Below are positions 19,195 to 29,463 of a DNA stretch of 64,000 nt, in pieces. The notes under the pieces were generated by a model. That model was not told the DNA's origin, ran no database searches, and was given only the letters and a program-made list of their open reading frames with translations. Where the stretch lies: assembly GCA_030650605.1 (NCBI GenBank), contig JAUSDP010000020.1:83282-147281 (forward strand), in the 5' to 3' direction. This DNA is from a bacterium. Its GTDB lineage: Bacteria; Patescibacteriota; Minisyncoccia; Phycocordibacterales; Zambryskibacteraceae. The position numbers and the translations under genes are program-made. Positions within the stretch are counted from its first letter, which is position 1; the number at the start of each line of letters is the position of its first letter.

Positions 19195-19659
19195 ATGAAA
19201 AAAATAATCATTTGTTCCATGCTTTCGTCCGCCCTGTTTGCGTCTTCAGTGGTCGCACATGCAGCTGTTATTGATCGCCAAGCGATCGTCGATATTCCTG
19301 AACAGGAGGTGCAAAAGAAATTTACAAATCAAGCTCCTGGCGTTGTGAATCCATCACCAGGATTGGCCGTTGCTACCACTTCATCGCCACCGCTACCGGT
19401 ATGGACAACTGCAATTGGAGATAACAATTTTCGATCGCTCATTGGTCGTTGGTCGACAACAGCGAATTGGATGGCCATTTGGGATGTCGATGTTGATATT
19501 CCGATTGTGGCGAATGATCGGGTTTCTGGTGATTTTAAAACTGCAGTGCGCCATCTACTCGCATCAACAAATTCGACTGATGCTCTGAAGCCCTGTTTCT
19601 ATACCAATAGGGTCGTTCGGGTCGTTCGTCAAACAATCAAATGCAACCCTTCTGAGTGA
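19195..19659 (+). CDS. periplasmic pilus-biogenesis accessory protein (PilM/TcpQ-like, tentative)
   Basis: Signal peptide MKKIIICSMLSSALFASSVVAHA; 154 aa; located immediately upstream of the secretin gene. Confidence 0.3.
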   Translation: MKKIIICSMLSSALFASSVVAHAAVIDRQAIVDIPEQEVQKKFTNQAPGVVNPSPGLAVATTSSPPLPVWTTAIGDNNFRSLIGRWSTTANWMAIWDVDVDIPIVANDRVSGDFKTAVRHLLASTNSTDALKPCFYTNRVVRVVRQTIKCNPSE

Positions 19660-21437
19660 AAGATAGATCAATGAAAACATTCAAAACCTTGGCATCTGTC
19701 GCGATGTTGACCTCACTTGTGACTGGTTGTGTTTCCAGTCAGTTGACACAATCCACCAAAAGAGATGTCTCCAAAGCTTCCGAATCGGCACAAGCTGACA
19801 TTGAAAAATTCAGAATTCCGTTCGCTAATGACAAGGCATCCGTCGAGGCAAGTCAGGAAGTAAATGCGCCATATATCGCTGGCCGATCAGTTCCATTGGC
19901 TCGCGACGTTTCATTGCCGCGCCCACTCCAAAAGGGGATGAAAACGACTCTGATTTTTCCTGAGCGTCGCGTATCAATCGCTACTGCGGCAGAGAGAATT
20001 ATGATGGCCACCGGAATCACCGTAAATATTGGTCCTGATGTTTACATGGATAGCGCATCTCTATTGCCGAAAAAAGCTGGTGCTCCTGCACCAGCCGCTG
20101 TTGCCCCAACGATCCTTGGTGTCACTTCCGGGGTGACCTCTTTGCCCGCAATTTCAGGTGTGCCAGGATCTAATATGGGCCTTCAAATGCCAACGCAGCT
20201 AACAAAAGTGCAGGCAGCGGTCAATAATCCAGAACTGGAACAAGACTCGCCGAGGGGTTTTGAATTTCCACAAGTGGAAGCGCCCCTGTCGCAAATTCTT
20301 GATATGGTTTCAGTGAGACTGGGAATCCACTGGAAATATACTGAAGCGACAAACAGTATTCGATTCTATAGATTGGTAACGAAATCCTGGAAAATTCCGG
20401 TCTCGCCGGCTGCGAACTCCTATTCGACTATTTTGGAAGGTGGCACAGCACAATCGACAAATGCCAATGCTGCCACTTCGAAACCTGGGACATCCCCCAT
20501 CAGCAGTTCGTCCAATGGTCTGAATGATCTATTTTCTATTCGAGACAGTGTAGATACGCTTCTGACGAAATCAGGATCACTCTCCGCATCATTAGCGACG
20601 GGCACCATTACCCTCACTGATACAAGTGAGGTAGTAGAAGCAGTCGATACCATGATTAAAGGTGAAATTAAGACCCTTTCTCAAGTTGTCTTCTTGAGAC
20701 TCAAAACAGTTCAGGTCACGACAAAAGATAACGGCGAATCGGCTGTAGATATTGGAGCGATCGTTAACAAAGCATTAAAGGGTATCCCAGATTTAACACT
20801 GTCTTTGTCGGGTCCTGCCTCTCTCGTAAGCAGCAACTCCGGGTCCTTGGGATTCAACATTATGTCCGGTGAATCCAAAGGCACTATGGCGGTCATTAAA
20901 TCTCTGCAAGAGGTCGGAGACGTCCAGACATCAACTGAGATTCCTTTATCAACCAGGAATCGGCACGCAATCTACTATAACGTGCGCAATGCATATTCAT
21001 ACGTTGCCTCAACAACCCCTGCGACTGCCACGTCTGGAGGCACTGGTGGAACGCCTGGCATTACGACGGCTCAAGATACAGTCGGATTGAAGTTAATGCT
21101 GTATCCGAACGTTACATCTAACGGCACAGTCATGCTTACCGTGTCTTTAGATCAAAGTGTCTTGCAGAGCAAGGAAACATTTTCAAGTGGTGCAGGATCC
21201 AATATTCAATCCGTGCAGCTTCCAAATGTGAATGGTGAAGGATCTACTCAAGAAGTTCCTATTCGGAATGGACAAACGGTAGTCTTGGCGGGTTTTGATC
21301 GAGTGACGAATCAGTACGACAAACGTACGCTGGGCGACGGGATACCGTACCTTGCAGGTGGTTCTATGACAGCCGGACGCACCAGAACTACCACTTTGGT
21401 TTTGGCGTCAGTGATAACCAACGATCTTGATAACTAG
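19656..21437 (+). CDS. pilN: PilN-like secretin lipoprotein (type IVb pilus outer-membrane channel)
   Basis: Lipobox LVTGC; C-terminal secretin domain GFDRVTNQYDKRTLGDGIPYLAGGSMTAGRTRTTTLVLASVITND. Confidence 0.75.
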   Translation: MKDRSMKTFKTLASVAMLTSLVTGCVSSQLTQSTKRDVSKASESAQADIEKFRIPFANDKASVEASQEVNAPYIAGRSVPLARDVSLPRPLQKGMKTTLIFPERRVSIATAAERIMMATGITVNIGPDVYMDSASLLPKKAGAPAPAAVAPTILGVTSGVTSLPAISGVPGSNMGLQMPTQLTKVQAAVNNPELEQDSPRGFEFPQVEAPLSQILDMVSVRLGIHWKYTEATNSIRFYRLVTKSWKIPVSPAANSYSTILEGGTAQSTNANAATSKPGTSPISSSSNGLNDLFSIRDSVDTLLTKSGSLSASLATGTITLTDTSEVVEAVDTMIKGEIKTLSQVVFLRLKTVQVTTKDNGESAVDIGAIVNKALKGIPDLTLSLSGPASLVSSNSGSLGFNIMSGESKGTMAVIKSLQEVGDVQTSTEIPLSTRNRHAIYYNVRNAYSYVASTTPATATSGGTGGTPGITTAQDTVGLKLMLYPNVTSNGTVMLTVSLDQSVLQSKETFSSGAGSNIQSVQLPNVNGEGSTQEVPIRNGQTVVLAGFDRVTNQYDKRTLGDGIPYLAGGSMTAGRTRTTTLVLASVITNDLDN

Positions 21438-21448
21438 TAGGTAATCTG

Positions 21449-22738
21449 ATGATTCTCAATATCGACGGGAAAAACCTTGTTTTCGGCATGCGCTGGAAGG
21501 TGTTGGTGTCAGGTGGTACCGCAAATAAAGATGCGCGAGCCTCCAAATCATCCTTCATGTGGCACGCAGACAAGGCGATTTACTTCGGCTTGCTCGGTGA
21601 AAAAGAAGGCAAAGAAAAGCTAAAGCAGCCACTCTTTTCTGGAGCGGTTGCATTAGCTCACATGTATCACGAGAACCCCAATATTCTTTTGGTGTTGCCA
21701 TTACCCGATGAGGAGGGATATGTCGTTTGTGGTATCCGCCAAGGACGTCCAAGATCTGGCTTTGATGTCATTGTCGAAGATGAACTTGAAGTCAATCGAT
21801 TGGTGAATGAATTTAGCGCTATCTGTGAGCAAGATTCGTTTGTGCTCCTCGGGCAGGCACACATTGATGGTATCAGTCCGTTGACATTTGAGGAAATTGC
21901 TTCCACTTGCGATACTTTCTCTCAGTTGAAAAAAGTAAGTGGCATCCCCTTTAATCCTCTGATGCTGTTGGCGTTGATGGTGGCCGTCGGACTAGTATGG
22001 GGTGGGGGAAACGCTTATGTGAAGCACCGCAAATTGGAGCAACAAAGACGAGCGCTCGCAGCCAAAAAAACCGCACAACAACTCTACTCCGAATCAATAG
22101 AGGCTAAACGCGGTGAAAGTGCGCTTATTGCCAGCAATTTGGCCCCTGTCTCAGATTGGGTACGAGCTTTGCCACTTTGGTTAGGTGGTTGGAAATTGAC
22201 GACGATAACGTGCAAAACTGCCACGGACAAAACGATGAAATGTGATCTGAATTTTGCGCGAGGAAAGAATCCAGATGCTACAAATCAAACCTTCATTAAC
22301 ACCGCTGGAAACCTATTTGACAGTGTTGAATTTGTGGATGGAGCACGCACGATTCATGCGACAACGTCCATCAAAGGACTGGCGTTTAGCAATTTAGGTG
22401 CCGCTTTTGATTCGTCAAAGAAGCAGAGGGATGAAGTCCTGGAATTCGGATCCACTTTGCAATTTCTGTCTCGTTTCGGTGAGCAGCAATTGCAGAAATC
22501 TATGCCTTTCGGTGTTCCTGTCGGCGTCAATGTGGCCGAGCTCTCTCAAGCGCCAATTATGTCATCAGCATGGGAATTCAATGGCCCATTACGCGCCCTT
22601 GAATTGACGAGTCAGTTTCCAAAATATGTGTCGGTAAACCAAATCGTGATTGTCATTAAGGATGCTCCTGATTTTCAATCTACTCATTCGATGGTGGCTA
22701 TTAAAGTTAGTGGCGCGGTCTTCTCAAAAGAAATTTAA
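21449..22738 (+). CDS. pilO: PilO-like thin-pilus assembly protein
   Basis: 429 aa with a central TM helix (LMLLALMVAVGLVWGGG); position between the secretin and pilP/pilQ as in R64. Confidence 0.45.
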   Translation: MILNIDGKNLVFGMRWKVLVSGGTANKDARASKSSFMWHADKAIYFGLLGEKEGKEKLKQPLFSGAVALAHMYHENPNILLVLPLPDEEGYVVCGIRQGRPRSGFDVIVEDELEVNRLVNEFSAICEQDSFVLLGQAHIDGISPLTFEEIASTCDTFSQLKKVSGIPFNPLMLLALMVAVGLVWGGGNAYVKHRKLEQQRRALAAKKTAQQLYSESIEAKRGESALIASNLAPVSDWVRALPLWLGGWKLTTITCKTATDKTMKCDLNFARGKNPDATNQTFINTAGNLFDSVEFVDGARTIHATTSIKGLAFSNLGAAFDSSKKQRDEVLEFGSTLQFLSRFGEQQLQKSMPFGVPVGVNVAELSQAPIMSSAWEFNGPLRALELTSQFPKYVSVNQIVIVIKDAPDFQSTHSMVAIKVSGAVFSKEI

Positions 22739-22758
22739 CTGAAATGGAGTTCAGCATG

Positions 22759-23268
22759 AAAGTGTTTTTATCTACAGCATTATTGACCGTCGTTATGACC
22801 TCTTCTATCAACGTTTTTGCCGCTGACGAATCCTCGATCAGTATGGGCAAATTATTGGATGTTGAAGCACAGATTACGATGAAAAAAATGCGCGATGAGT
22901 TGGAGAAGCCTGCGCCAGGTTCCGCAGCGGTACAGGTGGTTCAGCAATTAACTCCAGCACCAAAGCCTACCTTTGTCGAGCCGCGTCCAGTAACTCAATC
23001 CATCTATGGCAATTCTGGACACTATCTTGGGCAGATCGCATTTGGAACCGAGTCGTACTCTGTTTCGGTGGGAAAAAATGTTAGGGAGTACGTCGTTACC
23101 AACATTGATTCAAACGGGATCTATTTAGAAAAAACCGTCATTTTGCCTAAACGACAAAAGCGTCAATTCAAACATGCAAAGACAACACAAATTCTTTCGA
23201 AACAAACTGTTTTCGCGCCGCTTTTGGAAACGATTGATTCTTCTTTATTAAGAGATCGATCCTTCTAA
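22759..23268 (+). CDS. pilP: PilP-like periplasmic pilus assembly protein
   Basis: Signal peptide MKVFLSTALLTVVMTSSINVFA; GGAG Shine-Dalgarno; about 170 aa. Confidence 0.45.
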   Translation, partial: KVFLSTALLTVVMTSSINVFAADESSISMGKLLDVEAQITMKKMRDELEKPAPGSAAVQVVQQLTPAPKPTFVEPRPVTQSIYGNSGHYLGQIAFGTESYSVSVGKNVREYVVTNIDSNGIYLEKTVILPKRQKRQFKHAKTTQILSKQTVFAPLLETIDSSLLRDRSF

Positions 23269-23304
23269 AGTTGATCTCTCAAAACGTAAAACGGTGAGTA
23301 TTCA

Positions 23305-25047
23305 ATGTTAAAAAGTTTGTTTAGGAAGTTGTTTGGCACGAAGCCGAAGGCGCGTCCAGCGGCATTGCCAAAGCGAAAAACGTTACACCCATCACCAGGG
23401 TCTCCAAAGGATCTTGAAGTCAAGATCGCGCATTCCGACGATCTACCATCGTTCGAACGCAAGCTCTATGATGTCGTCAATCTTCAGCCTTCGTTAAGGC
23501 ATCGCTTGTGTCCTATTGAGGTCGAACCAGGTAAGTATGCGATTGTATTACTTCAAGAAGACATACGATCTGACGTGACCGAAGAAGTGGTCAAGATACT
23601 CTCGTTCAAATACGCTAAGGCCACCCCGTTTTACTACGTCACGAACAAGTCTGTCATGGTAGAACTTGCTCGTGACATGATTACGGAGAATAAAAAAAAG
23701 GCTAGCAATAAAAATGCTGCCGCTGTTGGAAAAAAAGAAGGTAGTGCGCTCTGGGCGCTATTTGAAAGTGCAGTGTTATTCAGCATGGAAAATGATGCGT
23801 CAGATTTGCATTTTGAAATTGATCGAAGTAATCACCAATCTAAAATTCGATTTAGAGTAGATGGCTGGATGACTAGTCCGCGTCAGTTTCAGCTCGGAAC
23901 GATGGAAATGATGGATTCGCTCGCGTATTTATTTAATGTCCATAGTAAATCTGGATCTGAAAATACTTATAACGAGAATAAGGCGCAGCAGTGTCAAATT
24001 CAGACGTCAATAAATTCACGCAAAATGCTATTTCGTTGGGCCTCAAATCAGACCGCCAATGGGAACAAGGTTGTCATGCGTATGTTGTACCAAGACGAAG
24101 TACAAACAATTCGTTCATTGTCAGATTTAGGATATTTTCCCTCACAAATCGAAATCTGGAAGAGGGCCATTGCTCGGCAAGGAGGGGGCACAATTATTTC
24201 CGGTACGGTAGGGTCCGGGAAATCCACAACGATGCAGACAGTGATGTCGATGCTTCCAGACTGGATGGCAAAGTACACAGTGGAAGATCCGGTTGAATAT
24301 ATTATTCCTAACACCACACAAATATCAGTGTCTCGAAAAATGGACGATCAGGATGGAGATCCATTTTTGGCTGTTAAGCGTCAGCTGAAAAGGATGGATC
24401 CTGATGTGGTTCTTATCGGTGAAATTCGAGACAAAGAGAGCGCTGGATTGTTTAGAGACATCGCGGAGTCTGGTCATCGTGCCTTCTCTACGGTTCACGC
24501 GCCCTCGGCAATTGACATGATCACACTGCGCTTAACGTCAACCGAATTAGGCATCCCAAGAGATGTGATAGCAACACCAAACTTTCTTAACTTATTGGTC
24601 TATCAAGCTTTGGTTCCAAAGGTGTGTCCAAATTGCAAATTGCCCGGCGATGGCATTTTGTCTGGGTCATATCTTGAACAAATCAAACGGCTATTTGACA
24701 TTGATAGTTCGGCGATTAATGTTATCAATTCTGTGGGATGTGATGATTGCCGACGAGAAAGCCTACCCGAACTCAATGGCTCAAAGAGCCGCATTGTTGT
24801 GGCCGAAATGATTGAGCCGGATGCTGTCATGTTAATGCTTTTTCGGGATCAGAAAAATCTCGAAGTCAAAGAATACATACGCTTAACTCGAACGTCACGG
24901 TTTGATGAGCCAGAATCCAAGGGAAAAACAGTCATGGAAGTTGCGATGTACCACGTAAGTCAAGGGATAGTCGATCCGCGTGAAGTTGAGAAGAAATTTG
25001 GTTCATTTGACCAATATGAGAGCGAGCGCGCCAGAGGTACAAACTAA
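23305..25047 (+). CDS. pilQ: GspE/PilB-family pilus assembly ATPase (PilQ-like)
   Basis: Walker A GTVGSGKSTT and Walker B DPDVVLIGEIRD; His-box; C-terminal tetracysteine CPNC ... CDDC typical of GspE. Confidence 0.8.
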   Translation: MLKSLFRKLFGTKPKARPAALPKRKTLHPSPGSPKDLEVKIAHSDDLPSFERKLYDVVNLQPSLRHRLCPIEVEPGKYAIVLLQEDIRSDVTEEVVKILSFKYAKATPFYYVTNKSVMVELARDMITENKKKASNKNAAAVGKKEGSALWALFESAVLFSMENDASDLHFEIDRSNHQSKIRFRVDGWMTSPRQFQLGTMEMMDSLAYLFNVHSKSGSENTYNENKAQQCQIQTSINSRKMLFRWASNQTANGNKVVMRMLYQDEVQTIRSLSDLGYFPSQIEIWKRAIARQGGGTIISGTVGSGKSTTMQTVMSMLPDWMAKYTVEDPVEYIIPNTTQISVSRKMDDQDGDPFLAVKRQLKRMDPDVVLIGEIRDKESAGLFRDIAESGHRAFSTVHAPSAIDMITLRLTSTELGIPRDVIATPNFLNLLVYQALVPKVCPNCKLPGDGILSGSYLEQIKRLFDIDSSAINVINSVGCDDCRRESLPELNGSKSRIVVAEMIEPDAVMLMLFRDQKNLEVKEYIRLTRTSRFDEPESKGKTVMEVAMYHVSQGIVDPREVEKKFGSFDQYESERARGTN

Positions 25048-25156
25048 ATATCAGCAGTCAATTTCAGCAACATTTTGTTAACTGTTGTTCGCAAATGTAG
25101 TAACATACGAATCAAATATTTTGCGTTTATGTGAATTTTATAGCGCTTACCTGAAA

Positions 25157-26263
25157 ATGGGAGATGTAATGCAGGAGACGAAGAACAGCTTGGAATTAAG
25201 ACTCGCCGCGTGGGAGTTTAAGTCGCTCCGTGGAACTTTTTATCTCGATTTGGCGAAAGCGATGAAGGCTTCACCTGGCGAGCCGATCACCAAATTTTTA
25301 AACCGGTATGGCGAACGATATGAAAAGGAGCCGATCGGGATTTTAGCTCGCCATTGGTTGTCGAGATTCAATCACGTAGGGACCTTTACGGAGTCTGTCC
25401 GTGGAACTATTCCGGACGAAGATTTAACTGTGCTTGCGGTTTCAGAGCAATCCGGCGATCTGCGGGTCGGACTTGCGTCCCTGGGAAGAAATATCATTGG
25501 ATTGACCGCTTGCAAAAAAGAGATTGTTGGGGCGCTAAAGGCTTCAGTGTTTCTCATTCTCCTTTTGCATGTTTTTTTCGCTATCGAAGCATTTGTGGTG
25601 ATGCCAAAAATTGAGAGCGCCATGAAATCGAATATTGACCTCAATAAATTGGGCACGATCGGCTACGTCTTTTTTTCTGGAGCTGATTTTATACGTGGTT
25701 GGTGGTGGGCTTGGTTTGCTTTACTTATATTTCTGACTGCGGCCGTTATTTGGGCTTTACCAAATTACGTTGGTCGTATGCGTTCATGGTTGGACAACAA
25801 TATTCTCCCGTTCCAAATGTATCGAGATTTTAACGGAGCCTCATTTCTTACCTCTCTCGGTTCAGTCACGACTTTGATGGGATCTCAGGTTGTCCAGTTG
25901 AATGATGCCTTATCACGCATTGCCGAAGATGCCTATCCGTGGCTGTCATGGCAGATCAATATGATTCAAGACAATCTCCAGATCAATCCCAATGGTAAGG
26001 GTGAAATTTTCAATACTGGCATAGTCAACAGGATGGCTTATTACAGAATTTTGGATATGGCGGACTACGCAGAGATGTCCGTCATGCTGAGTTCCGTAGG
26101 CGACATTATCTTGGAAACTGCGCCGATTGAAACAAAGAAAAAAGCGGAAACTTTACGCTATGTTTTGATGATTATTTGTCTGTCCATGATGCTTGGTGTG
26201 TATGGCGGAACGTTTGGTTTAATTGACGCATTTAAGGCGCAGGTGCAATTAAAGTCGATGTAG
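25157..26263 (+). CDS. pilR: GspF/PilC-family inner-membrane platform protein (PilR-like)
   Basis: Polytopic membrane protein with two cytoplasmic GspF-like domains separated by TM helices; follows the ATPase. Confidence 0.6.
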   Translation: MGDVMQETKNSLELRLAAWEFKSLRGTFYLDLAKAMKASPGEPITKFLNRYGERYEKEPIGILARHWLSRFNHVGTFTESVRGTIPDEDLTVLAVSEQSGDLRVGLASLGRNIIGLTACKKEIVGALKASVFLILLLHVFFAIEAFVVMPKIESAMKSNIDLNKLGTIGYVFFSGADFIRGWWWAWFALLIFLTAAVIWALPNYVGRMRSWLDNNILPFQMYRDFNGASFLTSLGSVTTLMGSQVVQLNDALSRIAEDAYPWLSWQINMIQDNLQINPNGKGEIFNTGIVNRMAYYRILDMADYAEMSVMLSSVGDIILETAPIETKKKAETLRYVLMIICLSMMLGVYGGTFGLIDAFKAQVQLKSM

Positions 26264-26311
26264 TAAGTGGCAGTATTTTTTTGTAGTTAAATTTTCTAAA
26301 AGGTGAAAAAA

Positions 26312-26866
26312 ATGGTTAAAGCAAGTTTCAAGAAATTGTCTCATTTTTCAAAAATGAAAAAACAGGCTGGTAATGTCATGGTCGAATACGGCTTCTATAT
26401 GGTACTCGCAGCAATTGCCATCGGGGGTATCGTCACTTACTTTGCGAGTAACTCAACCGCAGAACAAGCACAGCAATTGACCGCTGATTTGACGACTATG
26501 TTTGGGAGAGTCAAGGGCGGATATGCAAACAATTACGCCATCATCAACAACGCAAAATTGGACTCAGGTGGTTTCTTCAAAAATCTGCCGTCACTGAATA
26601 ACGTTGCTGGCGTCGTTACAACAAGTCTGGGCGGTGGGACCTTAACGGTCACGCCTGGAACAGTAACGGTCGCTGGAGACAGCGTTCAATATGTAGTCAC
26701 GCAAATTCCTGACGCTGGCTGTCTGCCAGTCGTCACCTCGCTCGTCAAGAATGCCACTCGATTGTTAATCGGAGCGAACGTGGTTAAGGAAGTTGGTAGT
26801 CTGCCGGATCCTTCGAAAATCATATGTGCTGGCGATGCCAACACGATGACGGTCATATCCCAGTAA
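26312..26866 (+). CDS. pilS: type IVb prepilin (PilS-like major pilin)
   Basis: Long basic leader ending in Gly (KKQAG/NVMVE) with Glu at +5 and a hydrophobic N-terminal helix; AGGTGA Shine-Dalgarno. Confidence 0.7.
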   Translation: MVKASFKKLSHFSKMKKQAGNVMVEYGFYMVLAAIAIGGIVTYFASNSTAEQAQQLTADLTTMFGRVKGGYANNYAIINNAKLDSGGFFKNLPSLNNVAGVVTTSLGGGTLTVTPGTVTVAGDSVQYVVTQIPDAGCLPVVTSLVKNATRLLIGANVVKEVGSLPDPSKIICAGDANTMTVISQ

Positions 26867-26916
26867 CGTGAAATGGCGATCAGCCGCGTACAGTCTCCAA
26901 TTGGAATCTTCAATCA

Positions 26917-27945
26917 ATGAATGAACTTGCTAAAGATGTGCTCTTGGGAGTATCACTGTTTTCTGATTGGAGACTGTACGCGGCTGATCTAAGTAAGTCC
27001 TGCGCACTTGAAGGGCTTAGTCCGATAAGGCAACCAAACTCTGAAGACAAGCAAAGAGTTTGGTTACCTTATCGGGAATTATCCGAAATTATGCAGAAAT
27101 TTTGCGATCAACTCACGGCAAAATGCATAGAGTTAAGCCGTCCATGGCGGTGCTTTAACGTTGATTTTACAGATGGCGAAAACCATTTGCGATTTCGCAT
27201 TCAAGAGATGGGAAATTTCTATGCATGCAAAAGAATTCTTACTTCTCCTCCTAATCTTGATGAGCTGAAGGGAGTCCCAGACACCGTAAAAGCTGCTATC
27301 ACCTCTTCGGTCTTAAAACTTACCGGAGGGCTCGTATTAATGGTTGGTGATACCGGCACCGGCAAGACCATGTTTGCATCCGCTGCCTTGCGCGAGAGGC
27401 TTAAAAAGTTTGGTGGATATTGTCTTGTTTTGGCTGACCCACCTGAGCAGCCTCTTGGCGATGATGGCGGCCATTATGTTGGTGCGAATGGCTATGTGGA
27501 TGAGGTTGATGTTAGTGAGATCGGCTATACGCAAGCGCTAGAACATTCTTTGCGAAGTTTTCCTGTTGGCAAAACAGGTTCTCTCTTTTACGGAGAAATT
27601 CGCTCAGACAGTAATGCATTCGACTTAATCAGTGCCTCATGTGATGGTCACGAAGTATTTTCAACGATGCATGCCATGACACCAGATGCAGCCCTTGAGC
27701 GCCTTATTTCGTGGTGTGTCCGAGGTGGTATTCCAGTCGATCTTGTCCGAAGTATGTTGGCACAATCGCTTTTTTGCATCATCTGGCACCGAGTGGAATA
27801 TGGACGTTTCATTTCTGCTGCTTATCTCGTATCTGAAACAACGAGGCAGCGTATCCGCGAAGGTCACGCACTGCCGATCAAATCCACTGCGACGCAAACT
27901 CCAATGGTGAGTGTGCCGAATTTGCAAAAGCCAACAAAAAATTGA
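26917..27945 (+). CDS. PilT/GspE-family ATPase (short; PilT2-like)
   Basis: Walker A GDTGTGKTM, Walker B LFYGEIRSD and His-box STMHA. Confidence 0.65.
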   Translation: MNELAKDVLLGVSLFSDWRLYAADLSKSCALEGLSPIRQPNSEDKQRVWLPYRELSEIMQKFCDQLTAKCIELSRPWRCFNVDFTDGENHLRFRIQEMGNFYACKRILTSPPNLDELKGVPDTVKAAITSSVLKLTGGLVLMVGDTGTGKTMFASAALRERLKKFGGYCLVLADPPEQPLGDDGGHYVGANGYVDEVDVSEIGYTQALEHSLRSFPVGKTGSLFYGEIRSDSNAFDLISASCDGHEVFSTMHAMTPDAALERLISWCVRGGIPVDLVRSMLAQSLFCIIWHRVEYGRFISAAYLVSETTRQRIREGHALPIKSTATQTPMVSVPNLQKPTKN

Positions 27946-29441
27946 ATGTAGATACTTATATGAAGACTCAAATGAAACGTTGTTGGAAAAAATCAAATCA
28001 AAGTGGTTCTCTGATGATCGAGATGGCACTCTATTTGGCCGTCTCGGCGATCCTGCTGACATCCCAGATCGCCAAAGTAAATCAAGATTTGGAGGCCTCG
28101 CTATCCGTAGGAACCGGTCAATATTTGACCGCCCTGCAAAGTGGAGTGAACAAATATGTCCTAGATAATGCCTCTTCATTGACGTCAAATCCTCTTCCGT
28201 CAAGTTTTACGAATAATGGCGTGACCTTTTCAGGAACTCATATCCTTCAACCAACGATCGCGGATTTGACGAATGCAACCTATTTACCACTTGGATTTGG
28301 AAATGTCAGTCCGCTTGGATTAAGTTTCAAAATCACACTTGCGCAAACGGGAACGTGTCCCGGGGCTGGATGCAACGTTACAGGCTTTGGCGTTTCTACC
28401 GCTCCCTACAAAGATGCGACCGGAGCACTACGCACGGATGTACTGACCGATGCAGTCCGCACTGTCGGCATCGATGCTGGAATGTCCTACGCTGAGGCGC
28501 CAGGAACCTTACGTGGTTATGGCGGCAGTTGGTCGGCACCCAATCCGACTGGCGACGCAGGGCGTCTTGCCATTCGCGTAGGTAGCGATTCCGGTATTGC
28601 CGCGTTACTCGCTCAGTTCTATAAAACAGATGGTACTCGTCCACTAGCTGGAACAATGAATGCCGCCAATAACGATATCAATAACGTTAAGAATTTAACT
28701 GCGCAGAATATTCAGATATCAAATACGGCAACAATTCAAGACGCCAAAATAGCAGGCAATACCTTTATGAACGGGGTGGCCACTGCTGGCTCAGCCTGTC
28801 TTGTCAGCGAACAAAATGCCGTGCGTCGCAATGCAAATCAGACTGGCCTTGTGGTTTGTGGAAATGGATTATGGCAAACGGTGGGAAATGCAATAGCAGG
28901 AATTTCCGCAGGGTCTGCCTGCTCGCTGACAGGACAACTTGGAACCAATGAGTTAGGCGTCGCGTTCATCTGCAATGGAACCACGTTTGAGTCGTTACTA
29001 CCGTTTAGAGCAGCACCAGGATCGGCTTGTGCTCAACCTGGAACGACGGCGGTTTCAACAGTCGATAGTGAACAATTGGTTTGTAAAGGATCGCCAGCAG
29101 TTTATCAAAAATTGACAGATCTTCTTGGTAAAACAGTCGAATACGACAGACTTAATGTTCAGGACAAGAATATTGTCGTGTTCCCGCCTTGCGCCCCTGG
29201 CGGGGTGCCAGGATATTCATTTGATACCCGACAATCACTCACTGATATGGGCATTGTTCCGCCACGACAGTTGTTAGTGTATGGCGCAAATCTAATTGCT
29301 GGGGGATGGACCATTAGTATCAAACTGAAAAATGACGTGGGGTCTTTTTTTGGAACTGGGCCAGTAAAAGACGTCGGTGATCCATCGCCAAATGCCCCAT
29401 ACAACTTAACCGCTGTTCTGAGACGTGAATGTACCTACTAA
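27942..29441 (+). CDS. pilV: PilV-like minor pilin / tip adhesin with a prepilin N-terminus
   Basis: Leader ...NQSG/SLMIE (Gly at -1, Glu at +5) plus a hydrophobic helix; 499 aa; no shufflon repeats seen at the 3' end. Confidence 0.5.
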   Translation: MNVDTYMKTQMKRCWKKSNQSGSLMIEMALYLAVSAILLTSQIAKVNQDLEASLSVGTGQYLTALQSGVNKYVLDNASSLTSNPLPSSFTNNGVTFSGTHILQPTIADLTNATYLPLGFGNVSPLGLSFKITLAQTGTCPGAGCNVTGFGVSTAPYKDATGALRTDVLTDAVRTVGIDAGMSYAEAPGTLRGYGGSWSAPNPTGDAGRLAIRVGSDSGIAALLAQFYKTDGTRPLAGTMNAANNDINNVKNLTAQNIQISNTATIQDAKIAGNTFMNGVATAGSACLVSEQNAVRRNANQTGLVVCGNGLWQTVGNAIAGISAGSACSLTGQLGTNELGVAFICNGTTFESLLPFRAAPGSACAQPGTTAVSTVDSEQLVCKGSPAVYQKLTDLLGKTVEYDRLNVQDKNIVVFPPCAPGGVPGYSFDTRQSLTDMGIVPPRQLLVYGANLIAGGWTISIKLKNDVGSFFGTGPVKDVGDPSPNAPYNLTAVLRRECTY

Positions 29442-29463
29442 CCAAGGCAAGGATAAAATATTT

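Noticed and set aside
27661-28203. 180-aa antisense ORF spanning the PilT-like/pilV junction
   Set aside because: Antisense to two well-supported genes with conserved motifs; no Shine-Dalgarno and no motifs
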